Origin: Ostrea edulis
Lineage: Eukaryota
Length of the DNA stretch: 64,000 nt
Assembly (NCBI RefSeq): GCF_947568905.1
Contig: NC_079166.1
Location: 48,174,001 to 48,238,000, forward strand
Direction of reading: 5' to 3'
Shown: one piece after another, positions 12,701 through 27,700 of the stretch
Layout of the letters: each line of letters opens with the position of its first letter
Position numbering within the stretch: the stretch's first letter is position 1
Notes under the pieces: generated by a model
Told to the model about the DNA's origin: nothing
What the model saw: the letters and a program-made list of their open reading frames with translations, nothing else
Database searches by the model: none
Program-made: the position numbers and the translations under genes

Positions 12701-15700
12701 GATGAAGTTTATGATGCTGTATTGAGTGCCACCTACAAGTCCCTGGCAGCACTGGCAGAGTCCACAGGCTGTGAAGGGGAGGTAATCCGTGCCATCAGCT
12801 CACTGTCCAATGCCTCGAGTGACCACCATGGTACACCAAGATCTGCCAGAATGCATTCTGCTCGCAGTCGAATTTCCTCTGCAGTGTCTGAGAAATCCAG
12901 ACCCCAAACGAGCTTGTCGCAGCTTTCTACCATGACTTGGACAACAGAAAAGACAAATGAAGTGACTTATCTTCAGTAAGAATTAACTGTTTTATGTAAA
13001 TAATGCTAATACAAAAATGGAAGTAATTAAATTACACATCAGAATCATAACGTGTTGTAGAATAGTATGGCATTCTCTAAATGTCACATGGAACTTGCAT
13101 ACTGTAAAGCCCAGGCCTTATTTCTCACAGCGCATGGTAAAACTTGATAAATTGAATTTTTCAGTTCACATGTCACGGTCAAAATGGCTATTTGTGCTCT
13201 AATTTACATTTCCTAACATGTACTGTATCATGGTCTTTAACAGTGCACTTTGTCATTCATATATCATGAGATTTCAACCATTAAATTGTATAAAACTGTC
13301 TCAAAAAGGAATGCAAGATCACTCGATAAAGGAAGGATTAGAAAACCCAAATGTTCAACCTTTCTTTAGGACAATGAACAAATTAAATTTTTTTCACTAT
13401 GTGCATGTACTCGAAATGTAGTTTGATGTAACAAATTATTGAATTAATATATGTTGGTTTGAATAGTAAAGCATTTTTTTTTTCTCATATGAAAATAAGT
13501 ATATTTATTCTTCATAAATACTGTGTAATTAGTATTAAATGATGTTTTAGACTCACCATCGATTCCCATGTGATTTCTTATTATACTTTAGCATAAAAAA
13601 TGTAGACACTTTGCGACATGTCCCACAAAAGATTTACTCCAAGACATTTTATTTTCTTTCTTTGATTTTAATTAATATCCATTTGTTAATGCTATTGATA
13701 CATGTATCTCTATGAAAGAATATGAAAACATCTCACATGGACATTTTATGTCATATTCTATCATGATAAACTGGGATTTTTTTTTTACTTTTGACATGCA
13801 CCCAACTTCCATCCCAGAAACCTAGTATTTTCTAATCAAATTAACTATTAAAGGATTGCTTTGTTTTGAAAGTAAATAAGGCTTGCTGTCCTTAAACTGT
13901 GTAATTTAGAAAGATTTATACCGATCTACATGTGCCAACTGATGTATAAACTAGTACATGTTTTGTACTATTGATATTAACAGCTGTGTGCTTTATTTGT
14001 AGATTTGAAGTAGAAGTGGGATTTAACATTCCCAACATCACCCTCAATCCCTCGCTAGATCTGGCCCAGACTGCCATCATAGAGGTCGCTAACGCCATAT
14101 TGGAGGCCACCAGAAGTAATTAAACTACAATCAATCTTAATTAGATATTGATATCATAAATTAGAATTTGATTTATTGTGTGCTGAGGAAAGTTATTTTT
14201 AGCTGGTATGAAAATTCATATTAGGATATAGATGAAGCAATCTGGTAAATGAATGGAGGATGTGCGAAAATCAACAGAAAGGGGCATATTTGTTTGATTA
14301 ATTGGATGAAATGTCAATAATTTTGAATAAGAAAGCACTTTTGTATGTGCCATTGGGTACCTGTAACAAGCACTTTGTATGTGCCATTGGGTACCTGTAA
14401 CAAGCACTTTTGTATGTGCCATTGGGTACCTGTAACAAGCACTTTTGTATGTGCCGTTGGGTACCTGTAACAATTTTTAAAAACATAGATTGAGTTTTTA
14501 TCCCCTCATAATTTATTGTAAGAGGGGATTTAGTACATGTAATGGAACCGTTCGTGTGTGGGTGAGTATGTGTGTAACACTGAGCTTGTAGACCCTCTAC
14601 TGGCCACACTTTTTGCTTGATTACTTTGATACTTTTCATGTAGCTTTCTTATCAAGAGAGGGAAAAACCTGTTGATTTTTGGATCAAAAGGTCAAATGTC
14701 AAGATCACTATGGGACTTAATAGAAAAAGCTTGTAGACACTCATTACGAGGGGATATATCCTGACTTACAGAGCTCTTGTTTAGAAATGATTCTAGGTTT
14801 GCATAAGAATAGAGAGCTCTTGTTTAGAAATGATTCTAGGTTTGCATAAGAATAGAGAGCTCTTGTTTAAAAATGATTCTAGGTTTGCATAAGAATAGAG
14901 AGCTCTTGTTTAGAAATGACTCTAAGTTTGCATAAGAATAGAGAGCTCTTGTTTAGAAATGATTCTAGGTTTGTATAAGAATGCAGAGTTCTTGTTTAGA
15001 AATGATTCTAGGTTTGTATAAGAATGCAGAGCTCTTGTTTAGAAATGATTCTAGGTTTTACTGCCTTCTAATTTGCAGACATTGACTGGTTATCTCTCCA
15101 TGGAACAGAGAATTTCTACAGCTCAATCTCACAGGATGAGAATGTCCAGGAAATGACCAAACAGGTAGCTGATATAGTGCAAGGTAAGGTCATTACATTA
15201 AGTACTTAAAACTTCATTTGTCACCATTTTCTTTAAAGTCAGAAAGTGTCTGAATCCTCATTTTTTTGTGGATTGTGTATATAGTGACTTTTTAGTTCAA
15301 TCTGTGCACTATTGCAGGTTGGCTTAGATTACTGTTGATTCCTAAATATACACGAGAAATTTATTATCGCATAATTTTGCAAGAGGCATCACTCGCAAAA
15401 TGAAATTACTCACTTTTAGTTTTCTGTTGCTGTAATACATATAAGAACTCTTGAATAACAGAAGAAATGGGAATTCATGTGCACACGATTTGACATATAC
15501 GAGTCTTTTCGCTATATTAAGTACTAGCATAAAATGTGGAATCTACTGTATTCTGTTCTTTTCTTCAAATTATTGTTTCAGTTTTAAATATTATGATATG
15601 TTTTTAAGGGGGACTTACCTCTGTTTTTAAAGGTAAATGATGAGTAGAAATGCATGTCTTGCATGTCAAATTAAAACGAGTGCTGACAAATTGAGCACAT

Positions 15701-18700
15701 ACCAACATCTAAGAAACAACTCCCCTTGCATGTGACAGACCCTTCTTTTATATATAGATTGTTTAAATTTCTATCTGAATGGCTATTGTGAAGTGCTTAA
15801 AGCAATGAATTTCAGATTACTTGCAGTACTATATTGAATTTGCATGAATTAAAATGGGAAAAAATTGCCCATGAAGTTTGCCCATTTGACCATGACACCT
15901 CATTGATGACATGAAGTTTGCAGATTTGACAATGACACCTGATTAATGACATGAAGTTTGCAAATTTGACAATGACACCTCATTAATGACATGAAGTTTG
16001 CAGATTTGACCATGACACCTGATTAATGACATGAAGTTTGCAAATTTGACAATGACACCTCATTAATGACATGAAGTTTGCAGATTTGACCATGACACCT
16101 GATTAATGACATGAAGTTTGCAAATTTGACAATGACACCTCATTAATGACATGAAGTTTACAGATTTGACCATGACACCTCATTAATGACATGAAGTTTG
16201 CAGATTTGACAATGACACCTCATTAATGACATGAAGGTTTAGAGTAGTTACTGGGTTTTGCTGTGTGTTTGCTTTTAGGCTTAAACAATGTCCATTAAGA
16301 CAGAAGAGTATAAAGCTTTGTGTGAAATCTTACACTGATGAACTGATGATTTTTATTTTTAAAAAATTCAAATTCAAAATGTGTGTGTGTGTGTGTAAAG
16401 TAACTGAGTTTTTGATATTTCAGAGCTGGAATCCACAGTCAACAAACACCTGTTCCACTTCAGTTATTATAACTTCCTGTGGAAAGATGATCTCCATGGT
16501 AACTTTAAGGAGTTTATCCTTGCTGAGCCTGGCATGTTTAACATTAAGAAGGAGGTGGAACGCTTCCTGTACATAGAGAAGAAAGTCCTCGGCATCCCCA
16601 AAGTGCTGCCTGTTGGTTGTATATGTCTAAGGACAGACCCCATTAAGGATGCTCTGCATGGATTTGCCATGGCTTGGAAGATTCAGTTTGCGTCAGTATT
16701 ACATGAAGAAGCCAAGGTAATTTCCTCTTTCACCAAAAAAGAAAATCTCAGAATGGCTATTATGTTTAGTTTCCTCAAAGTCATATGATAAATCTTAAGT
16801 TATAACTGTTCAAACTTTAGTTGTCCATAGAAACTTTATCAACCACTGAGAGAGTTACATGTAGTTGAAAGAAGATTGAAAGAAAATGTTATGATCAAGA
16901 GTTAATGCCCTTGGCAGATTAAAATGACTCCCTTAACATTAATAAAGTGTTCATATCCGTTCTCACACAGAAAAAGTTGGATTCAGCCGTGTTGTACAGA
17001 CTGAATGTCCGTAACAGACTAGAGCTACACGTCCAGTCTCTGGATCAGCTGAACAGTGCCCTACAGCTACTGGAGGAACTCAGAGACATGGAGAACAAGG
17101 TAGACAGCATCTACCTGCCCATAGAGACCATGTATGAGAAGCTAAGGTAAGACCCAGGTGTCAGGTGAATGTTTGTCACATGACCTTATCAAGAATGATA
17201 CATTTATGTCTAGTAACAGTACAGATGAAGCTTATTAATTTCTCAGTCATTTGGAAGATGAAATATCTTTTTTTAGTTAATTCCTTGGGTGTTTTGATGT
17301 ACAATTTCTTATTTCAAAATGAATGGGACTTAAGATAGATTTTGAATGAATAGATATGTACTTTTACAGGGAGTTTGAGCTTCGTTTGCCAAGGAATGAA
17401 GTAGAGGAAGTAGATCAGCTCCGTGACAAATGGTTAGAGCTGATGGATCTAGCGGAACAAGTAAGGGAAAATCTCCTGAAGGAACGGCGAGGAGCTTTCG
17501 AACAAGAGCTGGACAAAAATGTAAAAGCTTTCGTGGTAGAGGTGATGGAATTTAGAAATGCTTTTGATTCTCAAGGACCAAACGCCCCCAATACTGCGCC
17601 AGCAAAGGCAGTGGCTAGTTTGCAAGAGTTTCAGCAAAAGTACAAATTGTATGACTCTAAACGGAACACACTTGTGTCTGTATCAAAGCTGTTTGGCATT
17701 GTGTGTAAACCATTCCCTGAACTGGATAAAACTGGTGAAGAACTAGATCTGCTCAGTCAATTGTATGGACTGTTCCAAAAGTTTATCCGGTTTGATACCA
17801 GATTTAAAGACACCCTGTGGGCAGATGTAGATCTTGACGCTGCATTCATTGAGGTATGCATAAAATAAAAAAGAAGCAAAAACCTCCTCAAAACTCATAT
17901 ATATTAATCATGATTATAGGAAGTCTTAGCCAGAGCAAAATTGATACTTCAACAATGTATTACTGATGCAATCCTTTGATGACCCACACTGCTTACTCTT
18001 TAGGTGGAAGGTTACTGGGATGAGTGCCTAGCTCTGCCAAGTAAACTCAAGGACTGGGATGCTTACCATGATCTTAAAACCTCACTACAAAACTACCTAG
18101 AAGTGTTCCCCCTGCTCCGAAAACTCAACTCCAAGGTAATGTAGCAATCCGATTAAATGGATGATAAACCACATCGGGATCATTGCACTGCAACTTCCTG
18201 CTCTATTCCACTCCCGCCATTTATTATTTTTATATCTGTTTGCAGCTTCTTCTTTTTCTCATTGAGGGAAGGAATATTTAAAAAAGACTCTTTAATGAAT
18301 TATAGTATAATTGCATACAGTCACATGTCTTATTATAGTAAACATGTAATTGCATATAGTCACGTGCCATTATAACTGCATACTGTCGCATGCTCTAAGT
18401 ATAACTACAGACTGTCAGGTGCTATAAGTATAACTACAGACTGTCAGGTGCTATAAGTATAACTGCATACTGTCGCATGCTCTAAGTATAACTACAGACT
18501 GTCAGGTGCTATAAGTATAACTACAGACTGTCAGGTGCTCTAAGTATAACTACAGACTGTCAGGTGCTATAAGTATAACTACAGACTGTCAGGTGCTATA
18601 AGTATAACTACAGACTGTCAGGTGCTATAAGTATAACTACAGACTGTCAGGTGCTATAAGTATAACTACAGACTGTCAGGTGTTGATGACAATATTCACC

Positions 18701-21700
18701 AGCATGTATAGTATCTTTGCAATTAAATGAATAAAACCTTAGCTTCATTATTTATAAATTTAATTCAGTTTACTACTATATATTTGTATATTTAGTTTCA
18801 TAGTGACCTAGATTCATACTTGAATAATATTTCTGCAAAACTAATAATTCCTGTAATATATTTCACGTCAGTCTTTTCTATGTATTTTGCTGATGAGTAT
18901 TTTAAGCTTACATCCCCTTCATTAATTTTTCTCTCCATCCCTTGTTTACTTCTACATTGCTTACATATCCAGGGAAGTATTAAGTACCATATACCAGTAA
19001 GTAATGACCTTACCTGTCTGTCTGCCTGTCTGTAAATAACATCAGATGCTCAATGTTTCCTTGCCAAATTTTCATTCTCTTAGATTTTGAAGACAAAATT
19101 CCTGCATTTAAATAATAAAAAATTCAAAACAACATCTTATAAATATCATAAGAAAAATTCAAATTTTTAGTGACAAATGAAGTGTATAAAACTAGCAGGA
19201 AAATTGGGCATGCATTTATGCATATTTTACTTAGCATCCTTTTAGTTTGTAAAATGAAAATTTTACATGTAGCTAATAAGAGGGCTTAAATTAACATGGA
19301 GATTGGACTTTTTGATTAAATAGATGTACTTGTGCATGTGTCGAAATTTTTACCCGTATGTCGATCATGTCAGTTGTCTTGATCTAAAACTTGTTCTGAA
19401 ACCTTGGTGTGGGATTGAATATAATCTTAATTTTTTTTTTCCATTTTGTCATTGACTTACATAGTTCTCTGAGTATTTTTAGCAACATTTTAGATTAGGC
19501 TATTAGAATTTTAGCAATTAATTCACAAATCTTAATTCTATTCTTCATTTCATGTAAGTTTTCTTTTTTGATAGATGATGTAGTGAGTTATAATTAAGGA
19601 ACCCCTTTTGAATATGACTGTGTTCTTGTAATGGCAATGTTTTTTCATGCATCATGTTTTCTTCAGGAAATCCGAAACCGCCACTGGCTAGATGTGATGA
19701 ATGTGACTGGAGTAAAATTCCAGCTGGAGGCCAATGTCTTCAAATTGTCACACCTACTGGACATAGGACTAATCAAGTTAGTACAAAGTGTAACACCTAC
19801 TGGATATAGGACTAATCAAGATAGTACAAAATCCACTTACTGGACTAGTTAGTACTATTATAGTATACTGGGTCAAACTTTGGATGTCCGTCTTATTAGC
19901 CCAGTGCATTCTGATAAATGCAACTTGCCGCTTCAGAATTTAAGACTTTGGGTTCAAATAGCAATTCCACAACTTATTGATTTTTATACCCCCCGCAACA
20001 AGTTGTGGGGGGGTATACTGGAATCAGGTTGTCCGTCCGTCCGTCTGTAGACGCAATGGTTTCCGGGCTCTAAAGCATTATCCTTTCCACCTACCGTCAC
20101 CATATCATATATATGGACTACCCATGGGATGAAGATGTTCCCTATCGATTTTGGGGTCCAAAGGTCAAGCGCACTGGACATTGAAGTAGCAATATGGTTT
20201 CCGGGCTCTAAAGCGTTATCCTTTCCACCTACAGTCACCATATCATACATATGGACTACCCATGGGATGAAGATGTTCCCTATCGATTTTGAGGTCAAAA
20301 GGTCAAAGGTCAAGTGCACTGGACATTGAAGTAGCAATATGGTTTCCGGGCTCTAAAGCGTTATCCTTTCCACCTACAGTCACCATATCATACATATGGA
20401 CTACCCATGGGATGAAGATGTTCCCTATTGATTTTGGGGTCAAAAGGTCAAAGGTCATTCGCACATCGAAGTAGCAATATGGTTTCCATTTAAATTCTTT
20501 AATGGCTTTTTTCATCGCATGGAGATGCTGTGTTCCTAGATACCTTTTGGATCATAATACTGAAGTTTTACCTATTACCAACACCCTTTGGGAGATTGGG
20601 GTAAGCGGGGGGTATTCTTAGTGAGCATTGCTCACAGTACCTCTTGTTTCAAATAATATAGCAGAAAAACAAGTTGCTATGGAAGTTACATGTATTTGAA
20701 AAGTTGAAGCAGTTCAATGTTTACAATATGGAATGCTTTTCATAAGATATGGAGAGAAAAAAACTATACCTCAGCTAAACTGCATGGGAATTACATCTTG
20801 TGAATTTATGTTTTCAGACACAAGTCTGACATAGAAGAAATCTGTATGAGTGCAAGCAGAGAACTCGAACTTGAGATCAAACAGCGAGTCACGGAAGATG
20901 AATGGAATGAGCAAATGCTGACCTTTGAGCATTACAAGAACCGTGGCCCCATGTTCCTAGACAAGGTCTCCACAGAACGCCTGTTGGAACAGCTGGAGGA
21001 TGCTCAGGCTCTTCTGGCCAGCATGCTGACCTCCAAGTATATCGCCCCACTCCGGGATGATACTGCCCTCTGGGCGAAGAAGCTAAAGGATGTTACAGAG
21101 GTTCTGGAGTTGTGGCTGCAGGTTCAGGACCTGTGGCAGTACCTAGAGGCAGTGTTCAGTAACTCTGTAACCGCCAAAGAACTTCAGCTGGAGGCAAAGA
21201 GGTTTGCCAGGACTGACAAGAGCTGGACCAAAATGATGAAGACCACTTACTTTGAGATGAGAGGAGTTTTGCAGGTAAAAAGCTGGTCAACATCAAACTT
21301 AAGACATGATACATATAGAGGTGTACTTAGAATGAAATAGGTCAAGTATTCTAAATTTTCTGTTTTGTCTCTGCAGTGCTGTACCGGTGATGAGGTGCCA
21401 AAGGTGAACCTTCTTCGTAACATGCAGCAGGAGTTGGAGATCTGCTTTAAATCTCTGATGGAGTACCTGGATAACAAGAGACGGGCCTTCCCACGATTCT
21501 ACTTTGTGTCTGACCCTGTCCTACTGGCCATGCTCAGCCGACCTAATGACCTTGAGTCTGTCAGACCACACCTCAAGTAAGTTTTCAAGGTCATGGTAAC
21601 AGAGATTTTATCATAACAACTTCATATTCCTTATTTGCTTCATTAAATTTGTAGCTGAGACAGAATATGATGAAATGTGATTATTACACATTCATTCATT

Positions 21701-24700
21701 GTTATTGTGGTGTAGCTAAAGTTTGATGAACAAAACAAATTTATTATAGAGCAAATCCAAAGTAAAACTACAGTAATTCTTTTGTTTTAGAAATATTTGT
21801 GTGATTCATCAGTACCCATTTCATGATGGTCATTGCATCTTTGGGTTCATTATGTGGAATTCTATTTCATTTTTCATTTGAAACTAAATCTCAATCCACA
21901 AATCTCAAGACATGAATTTTCAATGCATTTTATCTGACCATCTTGATCAGCTGTTTGAAAATACATTTAGTAGTAGATTCTACAAACTCTAATCATTGTC
22001 TTAGTAAAGCGTTTTAAATGTCTGGTGTTTAGGTCCATCTTCAGTGCTATTTATGATGTCAAGTTAGAGGAAGCCGACACCGGGATAGAGGAGCCAACGG
22101 ATGAGATTGGATTCGCTCAGTCTAGAACCGGCACCCAATCCCGGGGTAATCGCTCCACCAGTGTCCTGTCTCCAGGGCTGAGGAGCAACACTCCACCCAA
22201 AATTGACAAACGACTGACGGAGATCTACGTGAGTATTTTAACTGCAGGGTTTTCCAATTATTTTTCAACCCCATTTAACAATATACACACACATTGAGAA
22301 AATATATCATAGTCACTCTTTTCATGAGTTGTATTTTCTTAATGATCATTGATAAAACATTGTCTTATGACTTTTCATTTATAATCTTGTATGCATAGTG
22401 TACTTTATTCTTCTTTGTTAAAATTTCTAAATTTTATTCTGTCAAATCACTATAGATTCCAGTAAGTACAATGTAGTGTTTGAACATAGTTGCAAGTAGA
22501 TTCTTTTTCAGAATACATGCTAGAAGTAAATTTAGATTTAGGGCAAATTAAGATAAAAAATTTTAAAAAGTTCACTGTTTAGAAAAAGAATGAATTTGAA
22601 AGTGGATCATGATGCACACTTTAAAATCACTACTTCAATCAAGATTTGGTAACTGACTGAAAATACTTTTGCATTTAACACTAGCTTCTATACATGTAGC
22701 CACCACATGTAGAATACTTTAAAAATTGTATTTGAATTAACTGTTAGAAAAGTATTGAACTGTACACACTCACTTTAGCTGTTTCTAACTTTCTTCCGTG
22801 GTTTGTTAGACCCCTGTGCCTGGCCGTAGACAATCTCAGTCTTTGGATGAGGTCAGAAGATACAATCTGACCCCAAGGCCCCGGGCTTCATCCAGCCTCA
22901 GGTTACATTCAAGTCAGGGTACATACTGGACCGAATTTGCGATATCCCCTAGTTTGCTAGGAGTAAGTTAAAGGCTGGTGCAGGGATATATGTCCTAACT
23001 CAGGGGCTTTATAAATATACATGTGATCATTATATGTAAAGGTCCTAAAACATATTTAGCTTTTATGTATTCATATTATACTTAATTCAACAAAATGGGA
23101 TGGTCTTGTTCGTAATTAATGTACATGTATATGTAAACAGTATTTGCTTCAAAGAAAGAAGTTGTAACATATTTGAAGGCATGTTATTAATACATGGGTC
23201 TCAATAACTCATTATTAAATATTAATTCCAGATTTATAGTAAGTTGTAGATTTTATTTGTGACAGAGGGTCACAGTTGCAAGTTATTTTGTATAGAATAT
23301 AAAAGCTTTGTTTTCAGATTCCTGAGATTTGCAAATACATTGAGGAGATGGGGGTTAGGGGTAATCAGAATTACATATTTAGTGCGTAGATACATGAGAA
23401 TTTCAATATTAAATTTTTCATTGTATGAATTTTATAAGGAAGAACCTAGCTCTAAACAAAAAGAGGAGGAGGGTTCTGCTGTAAAACATAAGCCACCAAA
23501 AGTTCACAAGGTATCCAGAATTCATCATGAAATATTCATGGAATGTAATTTTATTTTGTGGAAAAATGAGAAAATGGAAATGAAATATTCTACAATTTTA
23601 AAAACAATTTTGATACAGTTTCTTGATAAAATAATTTGATACAGAAAAATTATCTCCCAGTCGTAATTTTCATTTGTCCGTGCACGATTATATCAGCAGG
23701 AAAAGGACAGTACTAAAAAGAGAGTAAGATCCAAGATGTCAGGAATAAAGGGAGTGAACTTCTCCCTATACGTAAGAATCTGCACCTCGAATGTTTACAA
23801 CCATTCTTTGTATATTGGTATTGTGCAGTTGTGTTCCTTCAAGGTTATCTTTTAAGATGTACGTGTGACTGCATCAGTTTTTTGCCATGGAAACCATTTT
23901 GGATGAATATGGCATTTTTGTTGACATTTAAATTTTTGTATTTCATTATCAGCACATGGTGTATTTTGATTGTGTGTTTTGGTAGTACATGTACATTGTA
24001 TATATTAGATGCATGTGGTTCATGTTTCTATTTCAGGTTTGATCCCTCATTATTAAAAATTCAAATTTGATTTTAAATATTCTATGTATATACATATCTT
24101 GTACAAATTCTCTAAAAAATTATTTTCATCTTATATAAAATATATCATGCATTAAAATAATGTGTATACAGCTGTGTTTGCATCAATGTATTGCATGTTT
24201 CAGACTATTTTGAAAATGCATGCTGCATTACATTATATTCATGGATTTGCAATTTTATCGTTTGTGAATTTCAAATTCTTCATAGAATATTTGTGGAAAA
24301 TTTTAGAATAGCTATCGGATAAGAATGATTTTATGTTCAGAATGATTTTATTATTGGCAAGTCTAACCATCCATGCATTTATAACGTTTGGTGCCAATGT
24401 GATTATAGAGTGTGAATCCCAGTGCGATGGCCCATGGCCCCGCCTACTTACCATCGGAGGGAATCATCAAGGATGTTGTCATCAGAGACGCAGTGTCTGT
24501 CTCCAGCTCTGACGGGGAGATGATCGTACTGCACGAAAAGGTAAACAAATGAAGTCACCATCCAGAGGTCTGAGTTGTGAAAATGAGAATATGCACACAA
24601 ACTGAAGCTATAGTATAGATCATGTCAATAAGATGAAAGTGATGCAGAAAAGTTGGGCACATTTTTATTTATAATTACATGATTTTGCAGTTAGTAGTTA

Positions 24701-27700
24701 TGAGCTATCAGCTATCTATAATTTGCATTTTATTTTCCAGGTTTGCCTGAATGATGGAGTGGAGGTTTGGTTACAGAGACTAAAAGATTCTGTAGCAAAG
24801 ACATTGAGGGAACTGAACATCAGCATCATCCAGGATTGTAACAATGGAGTCATGATGGATGAATGGGCAGCCAAGGTTGGTGAAGGGGCATATTTTGAAT
24901 TAGAGCAGGCAAACATCAAAAGCATTTGTAAAATTATCAAATTTTTTGAGCATGTTGAGACTGCTAAACCAGATAATAACCGATCTGGAGTGATCTCCCT
25001 TCTGAGTACTACATAATTTCTGCTCCCTTATGTACAATGTACTAGCAACACAGCAGGGTCACTAGGAAGGTTTGACTGAGTTGAATTTTTCTGTCTTGTC
25101 AGTACCCAGCACAAGTTTGCAGAATTGGAATGCTATATTATTGGACTAAGGAATGTGACCAGGGTATTGGTGAACTCAAGTACGACCGCAAGGCACTACA
25201 GCATGTATGTACACTCATATTTCTGTCTTACTGTAAGTTACACAGATTGGCCCACTGTAAGTTACATGTTAAATTGGTGCCAGATAGGGAAATTTTCTTG
25301 GAACAGATCAAATTAGTTGCATTTTCAGCCAAAAAATACCTATGTTTTTGATGATGATACTTTCTGGAATAAACTTGTATTGAACAAAAATGTAGCATCA
25401 ATCCATGAATATATACCAATATCTGTTTGAACTATTTATAGAACACTCTGAAAAAGTACCAAGCATCCACAGCCAAATTGACCACTGTCCTAACAAAAGG
25501 AGCCTGGCGGACATTGGAGGAGCCCATGTTACCGCTCCACAAGGCCAGGCTGGAGTCCATGATTGCTGTAAGTTTAACAAAATCTTTCACTCAAATTTTC
25601 AAGAAATTTGAAATGTTAACTTTATGGTAAGCGTAAACAAAGAAGTGAAGGCTGCTGGAATGACATGGGCTGAGCTAAAGAGGATCGCCCGGAACCGTGT
25701 ATGTTGGAAGAATGTGGTTGCGGCCCTATGTTCCCCAGGGAACCCAGAGGATTAAGTCGATCAAGTCAACTTTATGGTACAATGATTTAAGGACGTGTGT
25801 TCTAGACAGATATTCCTTATCTTGGGACTGACTATTGTCCTGGTGCAACACTGGATAGATAATCTAATAGATGCTGCAGAACTATGTACTACCCAGTCAG
25901 TGTTATGTTATTTTGTTCTCAGTATTCAAAAATGTGGAAAGACTGACATTATTTGAGGTGAACATGTAAATTTCAATCACACCATGGTTGACTCTGTAGC
26001 ATTGAATGCCTTAGAGCAAAAGTATCTATTGTAGAATCATTCATTTTTGTGGGAATTGCAAATTTTCGAGGTTTGGAAGAATACAATTTTGTAGGGACGT
26101 GATTTTGTGTCAGCAGTTTTGATTATGTTTATTGTACTTCCGTTTTCCTTGTTCATGGAAGATTTGAATTTGTGGGTCTATCCATACCATAACATTAAAA
26201 TTAAATTCACCACAAAAATCAGTGGTCTTTCAGTAAGTCTGAACAGACAGTAATTTTAGATAGTGGTTTTGCATCTAAAAATGCCAATTTGTTTGGTAAG
26301 AAATTAAACATGTGCTAATATACCTCTCCCTCTTTCAGCAATCCCTCTATCTGAGAGATGTTTTAGAGAACATGTGCAGTAGAAAATCTTTGAGGGAAAC
26401 AACAGATTTTGAATGGAGGAGATGCATTCGTTGTTACTTCCACCCAGTTGGTAAGGTTTTCAAATTCCCACTTTCAAATGCGTTATCTGAAATATGTATC
26501 AACAAAGTTAATATAGTTTTGAGTCAATCTTATGAAAAATTCTTTTGAAATTGAACAGGTTTATACAGCCTTATATGCTGTCGAAATTACTAAAAGCTGT
26601 TTTGATTTATTTTTCAAAAATCTAAATTAAAATTTGAGCCAGGAAGCTATTGTGTCAGGCATTTTGTACAACTGTTCATGCTTATTAAAGAAATTAGCTA
26701 ACAGAGTGTGTGACATTTATAGTTTGTATAAAAATTAGTTTGATTTTTCATATGTTTGATTAGCTAATGATGAGACTTTTGAAAATGAGTCCATTGATAT
26801 TAAAACTGAGGCCAGTGTCAGCGACCTTTCCATACGTAAGCAGGAGTACCAGGGTGAAAACGGTGTTGGGCTGTCATATTTATTTCTTAGCTTCTAAATT
26901 TCACCAAGTTTTTTTGTTCCTTTAGTTTTTAAAGTGCATTTTGATTTTTTTCTTTTCTTCAGCTGCATAGTAATCCTTTTATTTATCTTAAAGTCATATT
27001 TTCTTCAAGTATTATTCAATTATTAATAATTATATCTCAAAATTTAAAAGTAAGTTTTTAAATTATATGTATCTTCCTTTTCAATAATACATGTACTTAT
27101 AAATTTCTCACATACTAGTAAACACTCACTTTTATTATAAATCATTTCTGCTCATAGTTTTTGTTAAATCTAAGAATGCAATAATTTTTCATTATTGAAA
27201 CTTAGCAAAATGTATTTGGAATATTTAGTAAGTTTGGTCTTTTTCTTTTCCTGTAACCTCATTCAGGAGGCTTGATATTTTTACAGTGCTACAAGATGAT
27301 TTCTAAAAAACTTAGTTCTAATGTGCAAGTTTGATGTGCTGCATTACAGATACATTGCAAAGCAAAAGTTTTCTAAACTTTAAGGAAAATATGTCTTATA
27401 ATCCTACAGCTTCTCCGGGAAAGCAAAACTCGCGCATGAGTTTGAGTGGTAAAAGTTTTGTGTTCATTGCCTGTAACATTTTGTGGCTAAATTAGACAAT
27501 TCCCAAAGATCAAAAATGTGACACCTGATTGTAATTTTACCTTCATTCACCTTCCGTGGACACCAGCGCATGTAATGTAATTTCTCATATACCCAACACT
27601 GACCATTCTTCTTAAAACTTTTTATTCCAGTGAACTTTTCATTAATATTAATTACAGACAAGTCTATTATCAGCTGTGTGTGTTTGAGTGTGTGGGATTA

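Noticed and set aside
14216-14639. Minus-strand ORFs with repeated YRYPMAHTK
   Set aside because: Derived from the 35-bp tandem repeat and the adjacent HINE fragment.
19984-20515. ORFs inside the HINE element
   Set aside because: Repeat-derived; no Rep/helicase or transposase motifs.
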